A DNA stretch of 64,000 bases from Parcubacteria group bacterium (GCA_041664225.1 JBAYLE010000001.1:132939-196938); one strand, 5' to 3'. Shown: positions 27,664 to 37,648, counted from the stretch's first letter. The notes: generated by a model not told the origin, from the letters alone. Made by a program: numbers and translations.

Positions 27664-28728
27664 ATGGAAAATACGCCAAAAACAAGCCAAAATCAGGAAG
27701 GGAAGACCAGTTTTTTTGACTTGGCTAATAATTTGTTGTCTGCTGAATCCGGAAGAGCGCAAGAAATCGTCAGGATGCGATTTGGTCTGGCGCAGGTTGA
27801 ACCGCAAACACTGGAAAAAATTGGCCGAGAAAATAAAATTACGCGCGAAAGGGTGCGGCAGATAATTGGCGATGTGCTTAAGCGCCTGAAGCAAAAAAAG
27901 AACGAAGCTGATTTTAAAGTAGCCGAAGATAAGATTGTTTTTACAATCGGGAACAATAATGGTATAATGGAAGAAAGTAAACTGATAGAAAAATTAAGCA
28001 GTGGCGAATATAAAGAAGCCAATGCAGTTGCTCTTTTTGGGGCGTTATCAGAGAAGATCGTTATTTTTGAAAAAAAAGGCGAGATAAGAAAATCCTGGGC
28101 TGTTTCAAAGGATGTTTTGGGTAAGGTTCAAGATGTCGAAAGTATAGCTAAGGAGATATTTGGAAAAGAAAAGAAATTACTGACTGATGACGAAATTGTT
28201 GAAAAAATCGGCCAGCGTCTGGCAGAAAAGAAAGCGGCCTTTTCCAGAGAGCAAATTTTGAATTATTTGGCTGTTTTGGCAGATGTCCAAAAAAATAAGT
28301 TTGGCAAATGGGGGATAGCTGGTTGGAAGGAGATTAATCCGAAAGGAACCCGTGAAAGAATATATTTGATTCTTAAAGAAAAACGAGAACCACTGCACTT
28401 TACTGAAATTGCAAAACTTATTGATCAATACGGTCTTAGCAAAAGAAAAGCCCATCCCCAGACCGTGCATAATGAATTGATCAAGGACGAACGATTTATT
28501 TTGGTGGGCCGAGGCATTTATGCTCTAAAAGAGTGGGGTTACAAGCGAGGGACTATTCAAGAAGTGTTGCGTGACATCCTAGATAAGAGCCAAAAATCAT
28601 TGACCAAGGAAGAGATTTTAACGGAGGTCATGAAACTTAGAAAAGTGAAGAAAGCAACAGTCATGATCAACTTGAATAATTCAAAAATTTTTGAAAAAGC
28701 CAATAATGCCTATACGATAAAGAAGTAA
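27664..28728 (+). CDS. Sigma70 region 4-like HTH plus HARE-HTH-like domain protein
   Basis: RFGL...TLEKIG...ITRERVRQI and PLHFTEIA...HPQTVHNELIKDERFILVGRGIYAL; promoter TTGACA at 27594. Confidence 0.8.
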   Translation: MENTPKTSQNQEGKTSFFDLANNLLSAESGRAQEIVRMRFGLAQVEPQTLEKIGRENKITRERVRQIIGDVLKRLKQKKNEADFKVAEDKIVFTIGNNNGIMEESKLIEKLSSGEYKEANAVALFGALSEKIVIFEKKGEIRKSWAVSKDVLGKVQDVESIAKEIFGKEKKLLTDDEIVEKIGQRLAEKKAAFSREQILNYLAVLADVQKNKFGKWGIAGWKEINPKGTRERIYLILKEKREPLHFTEIAKLIDQYGLSKRKAHPQTVHNELIKDERFILVGRGIYALKEWGYKRGTIQEVLRDILDKSQKSLTKEEILTEVMKLRKVKKATVMINLNNSKIFEKANNAYTIKK

Positions 28729-28790
28729 TACTTTCCGGAGGTAACTGAAAACACAAATAAAATTCAAACTTTGCAACGTCAAAGACAAAC

Positions 28791-30062
28791 ATGAACAATA
28801 TTTTAGACGTATTTAGCCAATTTATACCAATCTTTCAAGCGCTGTCTCAATTCTGGTGGATTATTTTACCAGTGCTTTTGTATTTTATGTTTGAACAGCT
28901 TTGGATGGATTTTGTTATAGAATTTTCCAAAGATGCCTTTTTTGCCAAGCTGCAATGGACATATTTGGAAATTATCCCGCCCAAAGATATCGAGAAGGGC
29001 CCAAAGGGATTTGAGTCTTTGTATCAGGGCATTGCCGGTGTCGTGGTTACAATCGTTCCTCTGGATAAGTACTTAAATGGAACCCTCATGGACAGGTTCA
29101 GTTTTGAGATTGTGGGCGAAGAGGGCGTGATGCATTTTTATGTGCGCACCCAAAAGAAATTTAGAAATTTGATCGAAGCACAGCTTTACGCTCAATTCCC
29201 AGGCACGGAAATTGTTGAGGTTGAAGATTACACTCAAAAATTCCCCAAAACCGTTCCCAACAAGGACTGGGATTTGTGGGGGGCGGATATTATGTTTGCG
29301 GAGCCAGACGAACTTCCGATAAAAACCTATGACAAATTTGAAGAGGATATCACCGGCACTATGATTGACCCATTGGCGGCGATGGCGGAAGTCATTGGCA
29401 CTCTGGGCCCAGGACAGCATATCTGGTTGCAATACGTACTTGACCCTCAGCCTGAACTATGGAAGAAAGATGAAGCCCATAGAAAAATAATTGATCAGCT
29501 GGCGAAAAAAACGGAAAAGAAGGAAATGAATTTTTTTGACCACCTGATTGATGTTTTTTCGAATTTATTTAAGGCACTTTCCGGTCCGGTGGAATTCGCG
29601 TCGGCGGAAAAAAATGAAGACCAGCCACTGGAATTCAAATTGACGCCTGGAGAAAAGGAAGCATTAAAAGCGACAGAAGAGAATTTTATGCACAATTTTT
29701 TTCGAGTCAAGATGCGGCTTATAATTTTGGGTCGGCGGGAGGTTTTTGACAAGACCTTTATCACCGCTTTTTTTGGAACAATAAAACAATTCAGTGATTT
29801 GAATCTGAACAGTTTTAAGCCGGAAGATGCCAGCAAAACTTATGCTTATTATTGGATGCACAAAGAACGGTTGGTTTACCGGCAGAGAAAGATTTACCGC
29901 CGCTATCGCGACCGCGATATGACAGGCAAAACTATTTACATGTCTTCTAAGGAACTGGCGACTGTTTGGCATTTCCCGAATATGGAAGTTCAGGCGCCAT
30001 CGCTTACGCAGGTGCAAGCTAAGCGCGGTTCTGCTCCGGCTAATTTGCCCGTCGGGGAATAA
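28791..30062 (+). CDS. Conserved membrane-anchored hypothetical protein, partner of the VirD4-like ATPase
   Basis: N-terminal TM, FSFEIV, YAQFP..EI.EVEDY, LPIKTY, ELATVWHFP. Confidence 0.75.
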   Translation: MNNILDVFSQFIPIFQALSQFWWIILPVLLYFMFEQLWMDFVIEFSKDAFFAKLQWTYLEIIPPKDIEKGPKGFESLYQGIAGVVVTIVPLDKYLNGTLMDRFSFEIVGEEGVMHFYVRTQKKFRNLIEAQLYAQFPGTEIVEVEDYTQKFPKTVPNKDWDLWGADIMFAEPDELPIKTYDKFEEDITGTMIDPLAAMAEVIGTLGPGQHIWLQYVLDPQPELWKKDEAHRKIIDQLAKKTEKKEMNFFDHLIDVFSNLFKALSGPVEFASAEKNEDQPLEFKLTPGEKEALKATEENFMHNFFRVKMRLIILGRREVFDKTFITAFFGTIKQFSDLNLNSFKPEDASKTYAYYWMHKERLVYRQRKIYRRYRDRDMTGKTIYMSSKELATVWHFPNMEVQAPSLTQVQAKRGSAPANLPVGE

Positions 30063-30071
30063 ATAAAATCC

Positions 30072-32078
30072 ATGGCTGAAATTAATTTTTTTGCAAAAAC
30101 AAACTTTCGAAACCAAGAGCGCATTTTTGGCATTAAGCGTGATGACCGGCGGCGGCACATGTATGTGATCGGGAAGACTGGCATGGGTAAATCCAATATG
30201 CTAGAAAATATGGCTATCCAGGATATCCGCAATGGCGAGGGTGTTTGTGTTGTCGACCCGCATGGCGAATTCGCGGAAAAGATGCTCAGGGCCATACCTT
30301 CAAATCGAATCAATGACGTTATTTATTTCAATCCGTCAGACTCGGAATTTCCTATCGCTTTCAATATTTTGGAAGCAGTAGATGAGGACAAGAAAAATCT
30401 TATTGCCTCCGGCATGATGGGCGTTTTCAAAAAGATATGGCCGGACGTCTGGAGCGCGCGGATGGAATATATTTTAAATAATACTATTTTAGCACTGCTT
30501 GATTATCCCGGTTCGACGATGCTGGGAGTGAATCGTATGATGGCTGACAAGGACTATCGCAAGCGGGTGTATCCGAAAATCAAGGATCCGGTGGTTAAGT
30601 CTTTCTGGCTCAATGAATTTGACAAGTGGGATGATAAATTCCGCAAGGAAGCCGTGGCGGCCATCCAAAACAAAGTTGGACAATTTTTGTCATCCTCTGT
30701 TATCCGCCATATCGTCGGCCAGCCGAAATCAGCTATTGATATGCGCGACATCATGGATAATCAGAAAATCTTGATTATCAATTTATCAAAAGGCCGTATC
30801 GGGGAAGATTCAATGCGGCTTTTGGGTGGCATGATTGTTACCAAAATCCAGCTGGCAGCCATGGGCCGCGTAGAGATACCTGAAGAAGAAAGAAAGGATT
30901 TTTACCTGTATGTTGATGAATTCCAGAATTTTGCTACGGAATCGTTCGCCAATATTTTGTCAGAAGCCAGAAAGTACAAATTAAATTTGATTTTAGCCCA
31001 TCAATATATCAACCAGTTGATTTTTGACAGCAACACGACAGTGCGCGACGCGGTTTTTGGAAATGTGGGTACTATTATTTCCTTCCGGGTCGGTGCGGAA
31101 GATGCCGAGCATTTGGAAAAAGAATTTGATCCAGTTTTTTTGATGAATGATATTGTTAATCTTTCCAAGTATAATATTTATTTGAAATTGATGATTGATG
31201 GGGTGGCGGGCGATGCTTTTTCGGCCGCCTCTTTGCCGCCGTTGGATTTGTCGGATACGAAGGAAAGCGAAGAAAAGGTTATCCGCATTTCGCGCGAACG
31301 TTATGGAAAAAATCGTGCAGAAGTGGAAGATCGTATTGCCCGCTGGAGCGGTATGATAATGGAGGACACGGATGACGTGATAATTCATAAAGTAGAACCC
31401 GTTCGCAATGTTGTACCGAATATTGTAGTTGTGCCAAAAACTAAAAAAATTGTGGGCGATTCTGATTTGATCAATACTGTGCCGCCAGTCATCAAAGTTG
31501 TTCCGAAAAATCCCAAACCGGTGAGCGATGCCATTGTGGTTGAACCGGTTAAGCGGGCTGCGGTAGTCCAAAACGAAGTTGTGGATACTGCGAAAGATTC
31601 AATTATTATCACAGAAAAATCCAACATTGAACAAAAAGAAAAAAAAGAATTATATGAAACACTTTGCGATACTTGCGAACAAAAGATTTATGTTCCATTC
31701 AAGCCTGATCCAAATCGGCCGGCTTTTTGCAAGGAATGTCTGAAAGATTATCAGCGAGCGCTGGCGAAAGCGCGCAACCCGCAAGTCGCGAATGACCAAC
31801 AACAGCCGGTGAATAATCGACCTGCCCGCAATGTTGCGCATAGCGCTACGGGCGGACAACAACTAATAGTGGTAAAGAAACCCGAGACAGTTAAGTCAAG
31901 CGCAAGAGAAGAAGTGCGCAAGGTGTATGTTCCTCAAGATAAGCCCATGAGTTTGTCGCAAATGTCACACATTGCGCCGAAAAAATTTAAAGCGGTCAGA
32001 CAAAAGCCGCAGGTCAATCTGAATGATGTCAGGGATTTGATCAATAAGACGAAAAAAGATGATAGCAAACAAAATTAG
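30072..32078 (+). CDS. VirD4/TraD/HerA-like P-loop ATPase with C-terminal CxxC-x17-CxxC zinc ribbon
   Basis: RRRHMYVIGKTGMGKS, VVDPHGE, YVDEFQNF, SEARKY, AHQY; CDTC-x17-CKEC. Confidence 0.88.
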   Translation: MAEINFFAKTNFRNQERIFGIKRDDRRRHMYVIGKTGMGKSNMLENMAIQDIRNGEGVCVVDPHGEFAEKMLRAIPSNRINDVIYFNPSDSEFPIAFNILEAVDEDKKNLIASGMMGVFKKIWPDVWSARMEYILNNTILALLDYPGSTMLGVNRMMADKDYRKRVYPKIKDPVVKSFWLNEFDKWDDKFRKEAVAAIQNKVGQFLSSSVIRHIVGQPKSAIDMRDIMDNQKILIINLSKGRIGEDSMRLLGGMIVTKIQLAAMGRVEIPEEERKDFYLYVDEFQNFATESFANILSEARKYKLNLILAHQYINQLIFDSNTTVRDAVFGNVGTIISFRVGAEDAEHLEKEFDPVFLMNDIVNLSKYNIYLKLMIDGVAGDAFSAASLPPLDLSDTKESEEKVIRISRERYGKNRAEVEDRIARWSGMIMEDTDDVIIHKVEPVRNVVPNIVVVPKTKKIVGDSDLINTVPPVIKVVPKNPKPVSDAIVVEPVKRAAVVQNEVVDTAKDSIIITEKSNIEQKEKKELYETLCDTCEQKIYVPFKPDPNRPAFCKECLKDYQRALAKARNPQVANDQQQPVNNRPARNVAHSATGGQQLIVVKKPETVKSSAREEVRKVYVPQDKPMSLSQMSHIAPKKFKAVRQKPQVNLNDVRDLINKTKKDDSKQN

Positions 32079-32250
32079 ATACGATAGTAAAATTCCCACC
32101 CATGTAGGTTTTATCTTCTTGCTGGTTTTTGGTTTGATTGTGGCTTTTATTACAATCAGGATGGGAGATAAAATAATTCAAGGCGCGCCTAATTCAAAAG
32201 CGCTTAGCGAAAATAGGCAATTGCAGCAGATGATTGAAAATACGAAATAA
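32059..32250 (+). CDS. Small single-TM hypothetical protein
   Basis: 63-aa ORF overlapping the ATPase stop, followed by a terminator (aaaacagcc/ggctgtttt, 32257-32289). Confidence 0.6.
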   Translation: MIANKIRYDSKIPTHVGFIFLLVFGLIVAFITIRMGDKIIQGAPNSKALSENRQLQQMIENTK

Positions 32251-32325
32251 GAACACAAAAACAGCCGGAATTTGGATGGCTGTTTTTTTGTTTACTTTAT
32301 GAGATTTTTATAATAATATTTACTT

Positions 32326-33423
32326 ATGGTTAAAAACAACAAAAAACGGGTGATTGTTGGGATGTCGAGCGGGGTAGATTCGTCGGTGGCGGCGGCGCTA
32401 CTCAAAAAACAAGGCTATGATGTCGTGGGCGTCTTTATGCATTTTTGGAAAGAGCCGACGCAGGACAGTTTGATTGAAAATAAATGCTGTTCTTTGGAAT
32501 CGTTTGAAGACGCGCGCAAAGTCTGCCAGATTTTAGGTATTCCGCTTTACACTGCCAACGCGGAGAAAGAATTCAAAAAAGAAGTGGTGGACTATTTTTT
32601 GTCTGAATACGCGGCCGGCCGGACACCCAATCCGTGTGTCGCTTGTAATGAACACATAAAATTCAACGTGCTTTTTAAAAAAATGCTAGAAATGAAAGGG
32701 GATTTTGTTGCTTCTGGACATTATGCTATCAAGAAGCAAGAAACAAAAAACAAGCAGCAAATAGTATACAAATTATTTCAAGGCAAGGATGAAGAAAAAG
32801 ATCAGTCTTATTTTTTATACAACTTCAATCAAAAACAACTGGCGAGAATTTTATTTCCAGTGGGCGGTTATAAAAAAGCACAAATCCGGGCAATGGCCAA
32901 GAAGATGAAATTGCCGGTTTTTAATAAAGATGATTCACAGGGGCTTTGCTTTACTCCGGAAAAATATCCGGAAAACTTTTTACGTCGAAATTTAAAACTC
33001 AAAAAGGGCAAAACACTGAATACTGCCGGAAAGATTGTGGGGACTCACGAAGGTTTGCCACTCTATACTATCGGCCAAAGGCGAGGCATCAACATCGGCG
33101 GAGACGGGCCGTATTATGTCGTGGATAAAGATATAAAAAAGGACATTCTGATTGTCACTAATGATGAAAAAGATCCGGCGCTTTTTCGCAAAGATATGGA
33201 GGTAAAAAAGGTGAATTGGATTATTTCAGAGCCAAAATTACCGGTTAAAGTATGGGTCAAAAACCGCTATCGTCATCCGGCCGTTTCTGCTATAATAAAG
33301 CCAAGGAAAGGCGAAATTTACCCAGTTGAATTCGCTGAACCGCAACGGGCAATCTCGCCGGGCCAATCGGCAGTGTTTTATAATTCCAAAGGAGAATTAT
33401 TGGGCGGGGGCAGGATAGTTTAG
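32326..33423 (+). CDS. mnmA: tRNA 2-thiouridylase
   Basis: MSSGVDSS, TPNPCVACN, SGHYA, KDQSYFL, YTIGQRRG, SPGQSAVFY. Confidence 0.97.
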   Translation: MVKNNKKRVIVGMSSGVDSSVAAALLKKQGYDVVGVFMHFWKEPTQDSLIENKCCSLESFEDARKVCQILGIPLYTANAEKEFKKEVVDYFLSEYAAGRTPNPCVACNEHIKFNVLFKKMLEMKGDFVASGHYAIKKQETKNKQQIVYKLFQGKDEEKDQSYFLYNFNQKQLARILFPVGGYKKAQIRAMAKKMKLPVFNKDDSQGLCFTPEKYPENFLRRNLKLKKGKTLNTAGKIVGTHEGLPLYTIGQRRGINIGGDGPYYVVDKDIKKDILIVTNDEKDPALFRKDMEVKKVNWIISEPKLPVKVWVKNRYRHPAVSAIIKPRKGEIYPVEFAEPQRAISPGQSAVFYNSKGELLGGGRIV

Positions 33424-33499
33424 GAATATTTAAATAATTTTTTAATTAATTCTCTTGGAAATAAATTTGGAGGTTTATGCAAGAGAAAAGAAAAAAAGC

Positions 33500-33940
33500 A
33501 TGAAATCACGAGAAAATTATCAACTATCGCCAGAAGAAATAGAAAAAGCAGAGGATAATATGTCGGAAACGGAAAAAAGGTTATCTGAAATTAGAAATGT
33601 AAGTGTGGAAAATTTTAAAAGAAATACCGGTAAAAGTGGCATGTTGAACCTGCTGAATAAAGAGATGCCACGAATTGGAGATTTTAATGTGATAATGAGT
33701 AAATGGAAAATAGCGGGAGAAATTGAGGGTCATCAGATAGAATTAGTAGCTGATGCTGATCATGAAGATAATGACAGATTTTATAATTATAGAGGTCTAA
33801 TAGATGGAAAAGAATTAACAATGGAGGACGCCCAAATGCTTTGGGAGAAATATCATGCTTTCGCAGAAAAACTGAATCTGGAAGAAGAAGAGCTAAAAAA
33901 GCGTGCCCGGACAGAGAATGCGCTAAAAGACGTCCTTTAA
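33500..33940 (+). CDS. Hypothetical protein with shared N-terminal leader
   Basis: ATG at 33500 (MKSRENYQ...) aligns with the N-terminus of the next ORF. Confidence 0.75.
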   Translation: MKSRENYQLSPEEIEKAEDNMSETEKRLSEIRNVSVENFKRNTGKSGMLNLLNKEMPRIGDFNVIMSKWKIAGEIEGHQIELVADADHEDNDRFYNYRGLIDGKELTMEDAQMLWEKYHAFAEKLNLEEEELKKRARTENALKDVL

Positions 33941-33965
33941 GGGTTATATTTGGGGAAGTAAAATT

Positions 33966-35108
33966 ATGGAATCACCAGAAAATTATCAGCCAACTCTCGG
34001 GGAAGTAGAAGATGCGAAAGAAAATATGACAGAGAAAGAAAAGAAAAGCTCGGAAGTCAGGGAGCAAAATTGGGAGCAGCAACAGCCACCGTGGGAAGAT
34101 TTTGGTGATAATGTTGATGAAAAAGGCTATAGAAAACCGCCAAAACCAGAAGATGAGAAAAAGATGAGGCAGAGAATCGTTGAATTAGGAGAGCTTTTTA
34201 AGGACGCTGATTTTAAATGGCATCTCGATGGTGCTATCAATATTTCATTAATGAAAGGCGAGTTTATCGGTGTCCATAAAGATGTTGATATTTCCGTTGA
34301 AAAGGCGGAGCTTTCAAAGCTAGACGATCATTTGGGGCAAAGGGGTTACGGACTATTTATTTCTTATCTTCCGAAAGGATCTGAAAATAAAATTTTGCGC
34401 AGAGTCGGAGCGGAAAATTTCGAAGTAACGACCGACGAAGCATTACAAATTGCGGCAATTGATGAAAATGGAAAATTAAAACAAGATAGGGAATTGAATT
34501 TTATCGACGTGCATATTATCAAGCGGAATGAAGATGGGGTTCAGCTAAGCAAGCACGGTAATGGCGTAGGATTGCCGCAAAGATGGTCCGAATCCCAGAC
34601 AACGGAATTTAAATCTGAAAAAATCAACTTGGCTCATCCCGCAGAAATTGCCTATTTCAAGTTGTGGCAGGAAAGAAATTACGATCTGACTGATTTACAT
34701 AAATTAGCGGAAAGCGGCAAATTAACCAATGAAGACATCAGTGAGGTTGAAAATATTATTGAAAAGGAATTTATTGAAAACAAAAAAAGAGGAAAGCATG
34801 GGATGGAAGATGTGGCTATTGAAATTACAGCGAATATGTCTGCGGATGAAATTTTAAATATTTTTTCCAAAAATCCAATTTTCAAGAGTGGTGTTGAAAA
34901 TTGGAGAGAAGTATTCAGTGAATTTACTGAAAAAATTGCGGAAAGTAAAGATAAATCTGCTGAGTTTATGTTTAATTTAGGTTTAAAATTTTTTAACGAG
35001 GAGGGCAGAAATAATATAATTCGGCAAAAGATTAAAATAGTCAGGCAGTGGATAAGGGAAGCGGAAAATTTGCAAGAAGTTCGTGACAAATTAAAAAATA
35101 ATTTATAA
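33966..35108 (+). CDS. Hypothetical protein with putative nucleotidyltransferase core
   Basis: WHLDGAINISL-x7-HKDVDISV and FIDVH resemble the LnuA/ANT(2'')-type NTase motif. Confidence 0.7.
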   Translation: MESPENYQPTLGEVEDAKENMTEKEKKSSEVREQNWEQQQPPWEDFGDNVDEKGYRKPPKPEDEKKMRQRIVELGELFKDADFKWHLDGAINISLMKGEFIGVHKDVDISVEKAELSKLDDHLGQRGYGLFISYLPKGSENKILRRVGAENFEVTTDEALQIAAIDENGKLKQDRELNFIDVHIIKRNEDGVQLSKHGNGVGLPQRWSESQTTEFKSEKINLAHPAEIAYFKLWQERNYDLTDLHKLAESGKLTNEDISEVENIIEKEFIENKKRGKHGMEDVAIEITANMSADEILNIFSKNPIFKSGVENWREVFSEFTEKIAESKDKSAEFMFNLGLKFFNEEGRNNIIRQKIKIVRQWIREAENLQEVRDKLKNNL

Positions 35109-35119
35109 TTTTCCAATTT

Positions 35120-35419
35120 ATGCAAAATTTTTCAAATGATGATGCTAGCCAAGATGATGATGGAAAAGCAACTGCGCAGGACAAGGCCAGGCGAAAAAGC
35201 GAAATTCAGCGGGAAACAATTATGATTGAATCTGACTATCGAAAACTGGCTAATGAAAAAGCCAGTCTGGATATGGAAATCCGGCAGCTTAAAAAAGATG
35301 AGGCGCACATTAAGATTAACTTGCAAGAAAAACAGGCGAGGTTGGGCAAGGTTGAGTTCGAACTCTTACAACTGGATACGAATCTGAAAAGCCTAAAAAA
35401 GAAATTAAACTTGTTATAA
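35120..35419 (+). CDS. Coiled-coil hypothetical protein
   Basis: 99-aa heptad-rich ORF in operon-like spacing. Confidence 0.7.
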   Translation: MQNFSNDDASQDDDGKATAQDKARRKSEIQRETIMIESDYRKLANEKASLDMEIRQLKKDEAHIKINLQEKQARLGKVEFELLQLDTNLKSLKKKLNLL

Positions 35420-35465
35420 TTTCGATTCCAAATAAATGGTTTTATAATTATTAAATTTTTAAAAT

Positions 35466-35738
35466 ATGTCACAATCAAAAATTGAAGACATTTTGGAAGA
35501 AGTTGTGAGGGGCAATGAAAAAGTGGAAAAATTGAGCGGTCGTTTTCACGCGGTTGAAAGTGAAATTGATAATATGGCCGGGAAGCCGGAAGCGGATTTA
35601 GATAAAATTTTACGTCGAGCCAAAGAACTTATTTACAGAGTCTTTGATGGTTATCATAGCAGTTTTTTGGACAGCAAGTGGTCTGGAATAGAAGATAAAA
35701 TAGAAAAAAACCTGAAAGATTTGAAAAATAATTTATGA
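35466..35738 (+). CDS. Hypothetical protein
   Basis: 90-aa ORF with ATGA overlap to alaS. Confidence 0.65.
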   Translation: MSQSKIEDILEEVVRGNEKVEKLSGRFHAVESEIDNMAGKPEADLDKILRRAKELIYRVFDGYHSSFLDSKWSGIEDKIEKNLKDLKNNL

Positions 35739-37648
35739 TCGCGCAGGAACTTCGTGAAAAATATTTGAAATTCTTTGAGTCGAAGGGACACACGATTATT
35801 CCTTCGGCTTCTTTGATTCCAGAAGGTACTGATCCTTCCGCCTTATTTATTACTGCGGGTATGCATCCTTTAGTGCCATATTTGATGGGAGAAAGCCATC
35901 CTGGGGGTGAGCGATTAGTCAGCGTTCAAAAGTGCATCCGGACAGATGATATTGAAGAGGTGGGGGATTCAACGCACAATACTTTTTTTGAGATGTTGGG
36001 CAACTGGTCATTGGGAGATTATTTTAAAAAAGAATCGATAGAATGGAGTTGGGAATTTTTAACTTCAAAAAAAGGATTAGGATTAAATCCAAAGAAAATA
36101 GCCGTTTCTGTTTTTGCCGGTGATGAGGACGCACCCAAAGATGAAGACGCAGCGAAAATTTGGCTTGAGGTTTCCAAATCGGAGCTTGAGGGCAGAATTG
36201 ATTATTTGCCAAAAGCAAAGAATTGGTGGGGTCCGGCTGGAATCACAGGACCATGCGGTCCGGACACAGAAATATTTTATTGGGTTGGCGATGGTCAAGT
36301 TCCGGAAAAAATTAATCAGGGAGATTTAGCTGAACATCCGCACTGGGTTGAGATTTGGAATAATGTTTTCATGCAATACAATAAAACTGCTGAAGGAAAA
36401 TATGAACCTTTAAAACAAAAAAATGTGGATACAGGAATGGGGCTGGAAAGGACTCTGGCGATAATCAATGGCGGGGATGATATTTATCAAACAGATTTAT
36501 TCCGACCGATTATTGAAAAAATTGAAAAAATATCCGGCCGTAAATATGAAAAAAAATTGAAAGAATTTAGAATTATTGCGGATCATCTTAAGGCGTCAGT
36601 TTTTGCAATTAATGACGGCGCAAGTCCATCCAATAAATTGGCGGGATATATTGTTCGGCGGTTGATCCGACGGGCGATTGTAAAAGCGCATCAGTTAGGC
36701 ATCAATGAAAATTTTTCTACCAAAATTGCGGAAAAAGTTTTTGGCATATACGACGGAGTCTATGAATTCAATAAGGAAAATATAATTCAGGAATTAGAGA
36801 AAGAAGAAAATAAATTCAAGAATATTTTAACTGATAAAAAAATTGCAAAAATTAAAAATGAGGAACTTGAAGAAAGATATAAAATATTATTTAAAGCGAA
36901 TGCGCTTATGTCTGGGATGACAAAAGAAAAAGCGGATAAATTATTAACAGAGAAGATTTTAACAGAAAGTACTCCAATTACTGCCTCGGCTTTTAAATTA
37001 GAATCTTCCTATGGATACCCTCATGATTTGTTTTTTAATGAATTATTTAATAAGCTTGATTTAGGCGAGGAGGAAAAAAAATGTTCGGGTAAAATATTAG
37101 AAGATAAATATCTAAACGAGGACTTTAAAAAACACCAAGAACTTTCACGTACCGCGTCATCAGGAATGTTTAAGGGCGGGCTGGCGGACGCGGGGGAAAT
37201 GACGGCGAAACTGCATACGGCCACCCACTTGCTTTTAGCGGCTTTACGGGAGGTTTTGGGATCCCATGTTTTTCAAAAAGGGTCAAATATTACGGCCGAA
37301 AGACTGCGCCTAGATTTCGCCCACAATGTGAAAATGACACCGGAAGAGCTTGAGAAAGCCCAAAATATGGTCAATGATATGATCCGCGAGGACGTGCTGA
37401 TCGCTTGCGATGAGATGAGTGTGGACGAAGCTAAAAAAGCCGGCGCGGTAGGAGTTTTTGAGGCAAAATACGGCGACAAAGTGAAAGTTTATACAATAGG
37501 CCCTTCGACAAGCTCAGGGTCGGCTTTCAGCCGGGAAATTTGCGGCGGCCCGCACGCCAAATCCACCGGCGAGCTTGGGCATTTTAAAATTATGAAAGAA
37601 GAAGCCTCTTCCGCTGGTGTGCGGAGAATCAAGGCGGTGTTAGAATAA
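35735..37648 (+). CDS. alaS: Alanine--tRNA ligase (short form, no C-Ala domain)
   Basis: AGMHPL, QKCIRT, FFEMLGN, EIWNNVF, DTGMGLER, HTATH, EICGGPH, GVRRIKA. Confidence 0.96.
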   Translation: MIAQELREKYLKFFESKGHTIIPSASLIPEGTDPSALFITAGMHPLVPYLMGESHPGGERLVSVQKCIRTDDIEEVGDSTHNTFFEMLGNWSLGDYFKKESIEWSWEFLTSKKGLGLNPKKIAVSVFAGDEDAPKDEDAAKIWLEVSKSELEGRIDYLPKAKNWWGPAGITGPCGPDTEIFYWVGDGQVPEKINQGDLAEHPHWVEIWNNVFMQYNKTAEGKYEPLKQKNVDTGMGLERTLAIINGGDDIYQTDLFRPIIEKIEKISGRKYEKKLKEFRIIADHLKASVFAINDGASPSNKLAGYIVRRLIRRAIVKAHQLGINENFSTKIAEKVFGIYDGVYEFNKENIIQELEKEENKFKNILTDKKIAKIKNEELEERYKILFKANALMSGMTKEKADKLLTEKILTESTPITASAFKLESSYGYPHDLFFNELFNKLDLGEEEKKCSGKILEDKYLNEDFKKHQELSRTASSGMFKGGLADAGEMTAKLHTATHLLLAALREVLGSHVFQKGSNITAERLRLDFAHNVKMTPEELEKAQNMVNDMIREDVLIACDEMSVDEAKKAGAVGVFEAKYGDKVKVYTIGPSTSSGSAFSREICGGPHAKSTGELGHFKIMKEEASSAGVRRIKAVLE

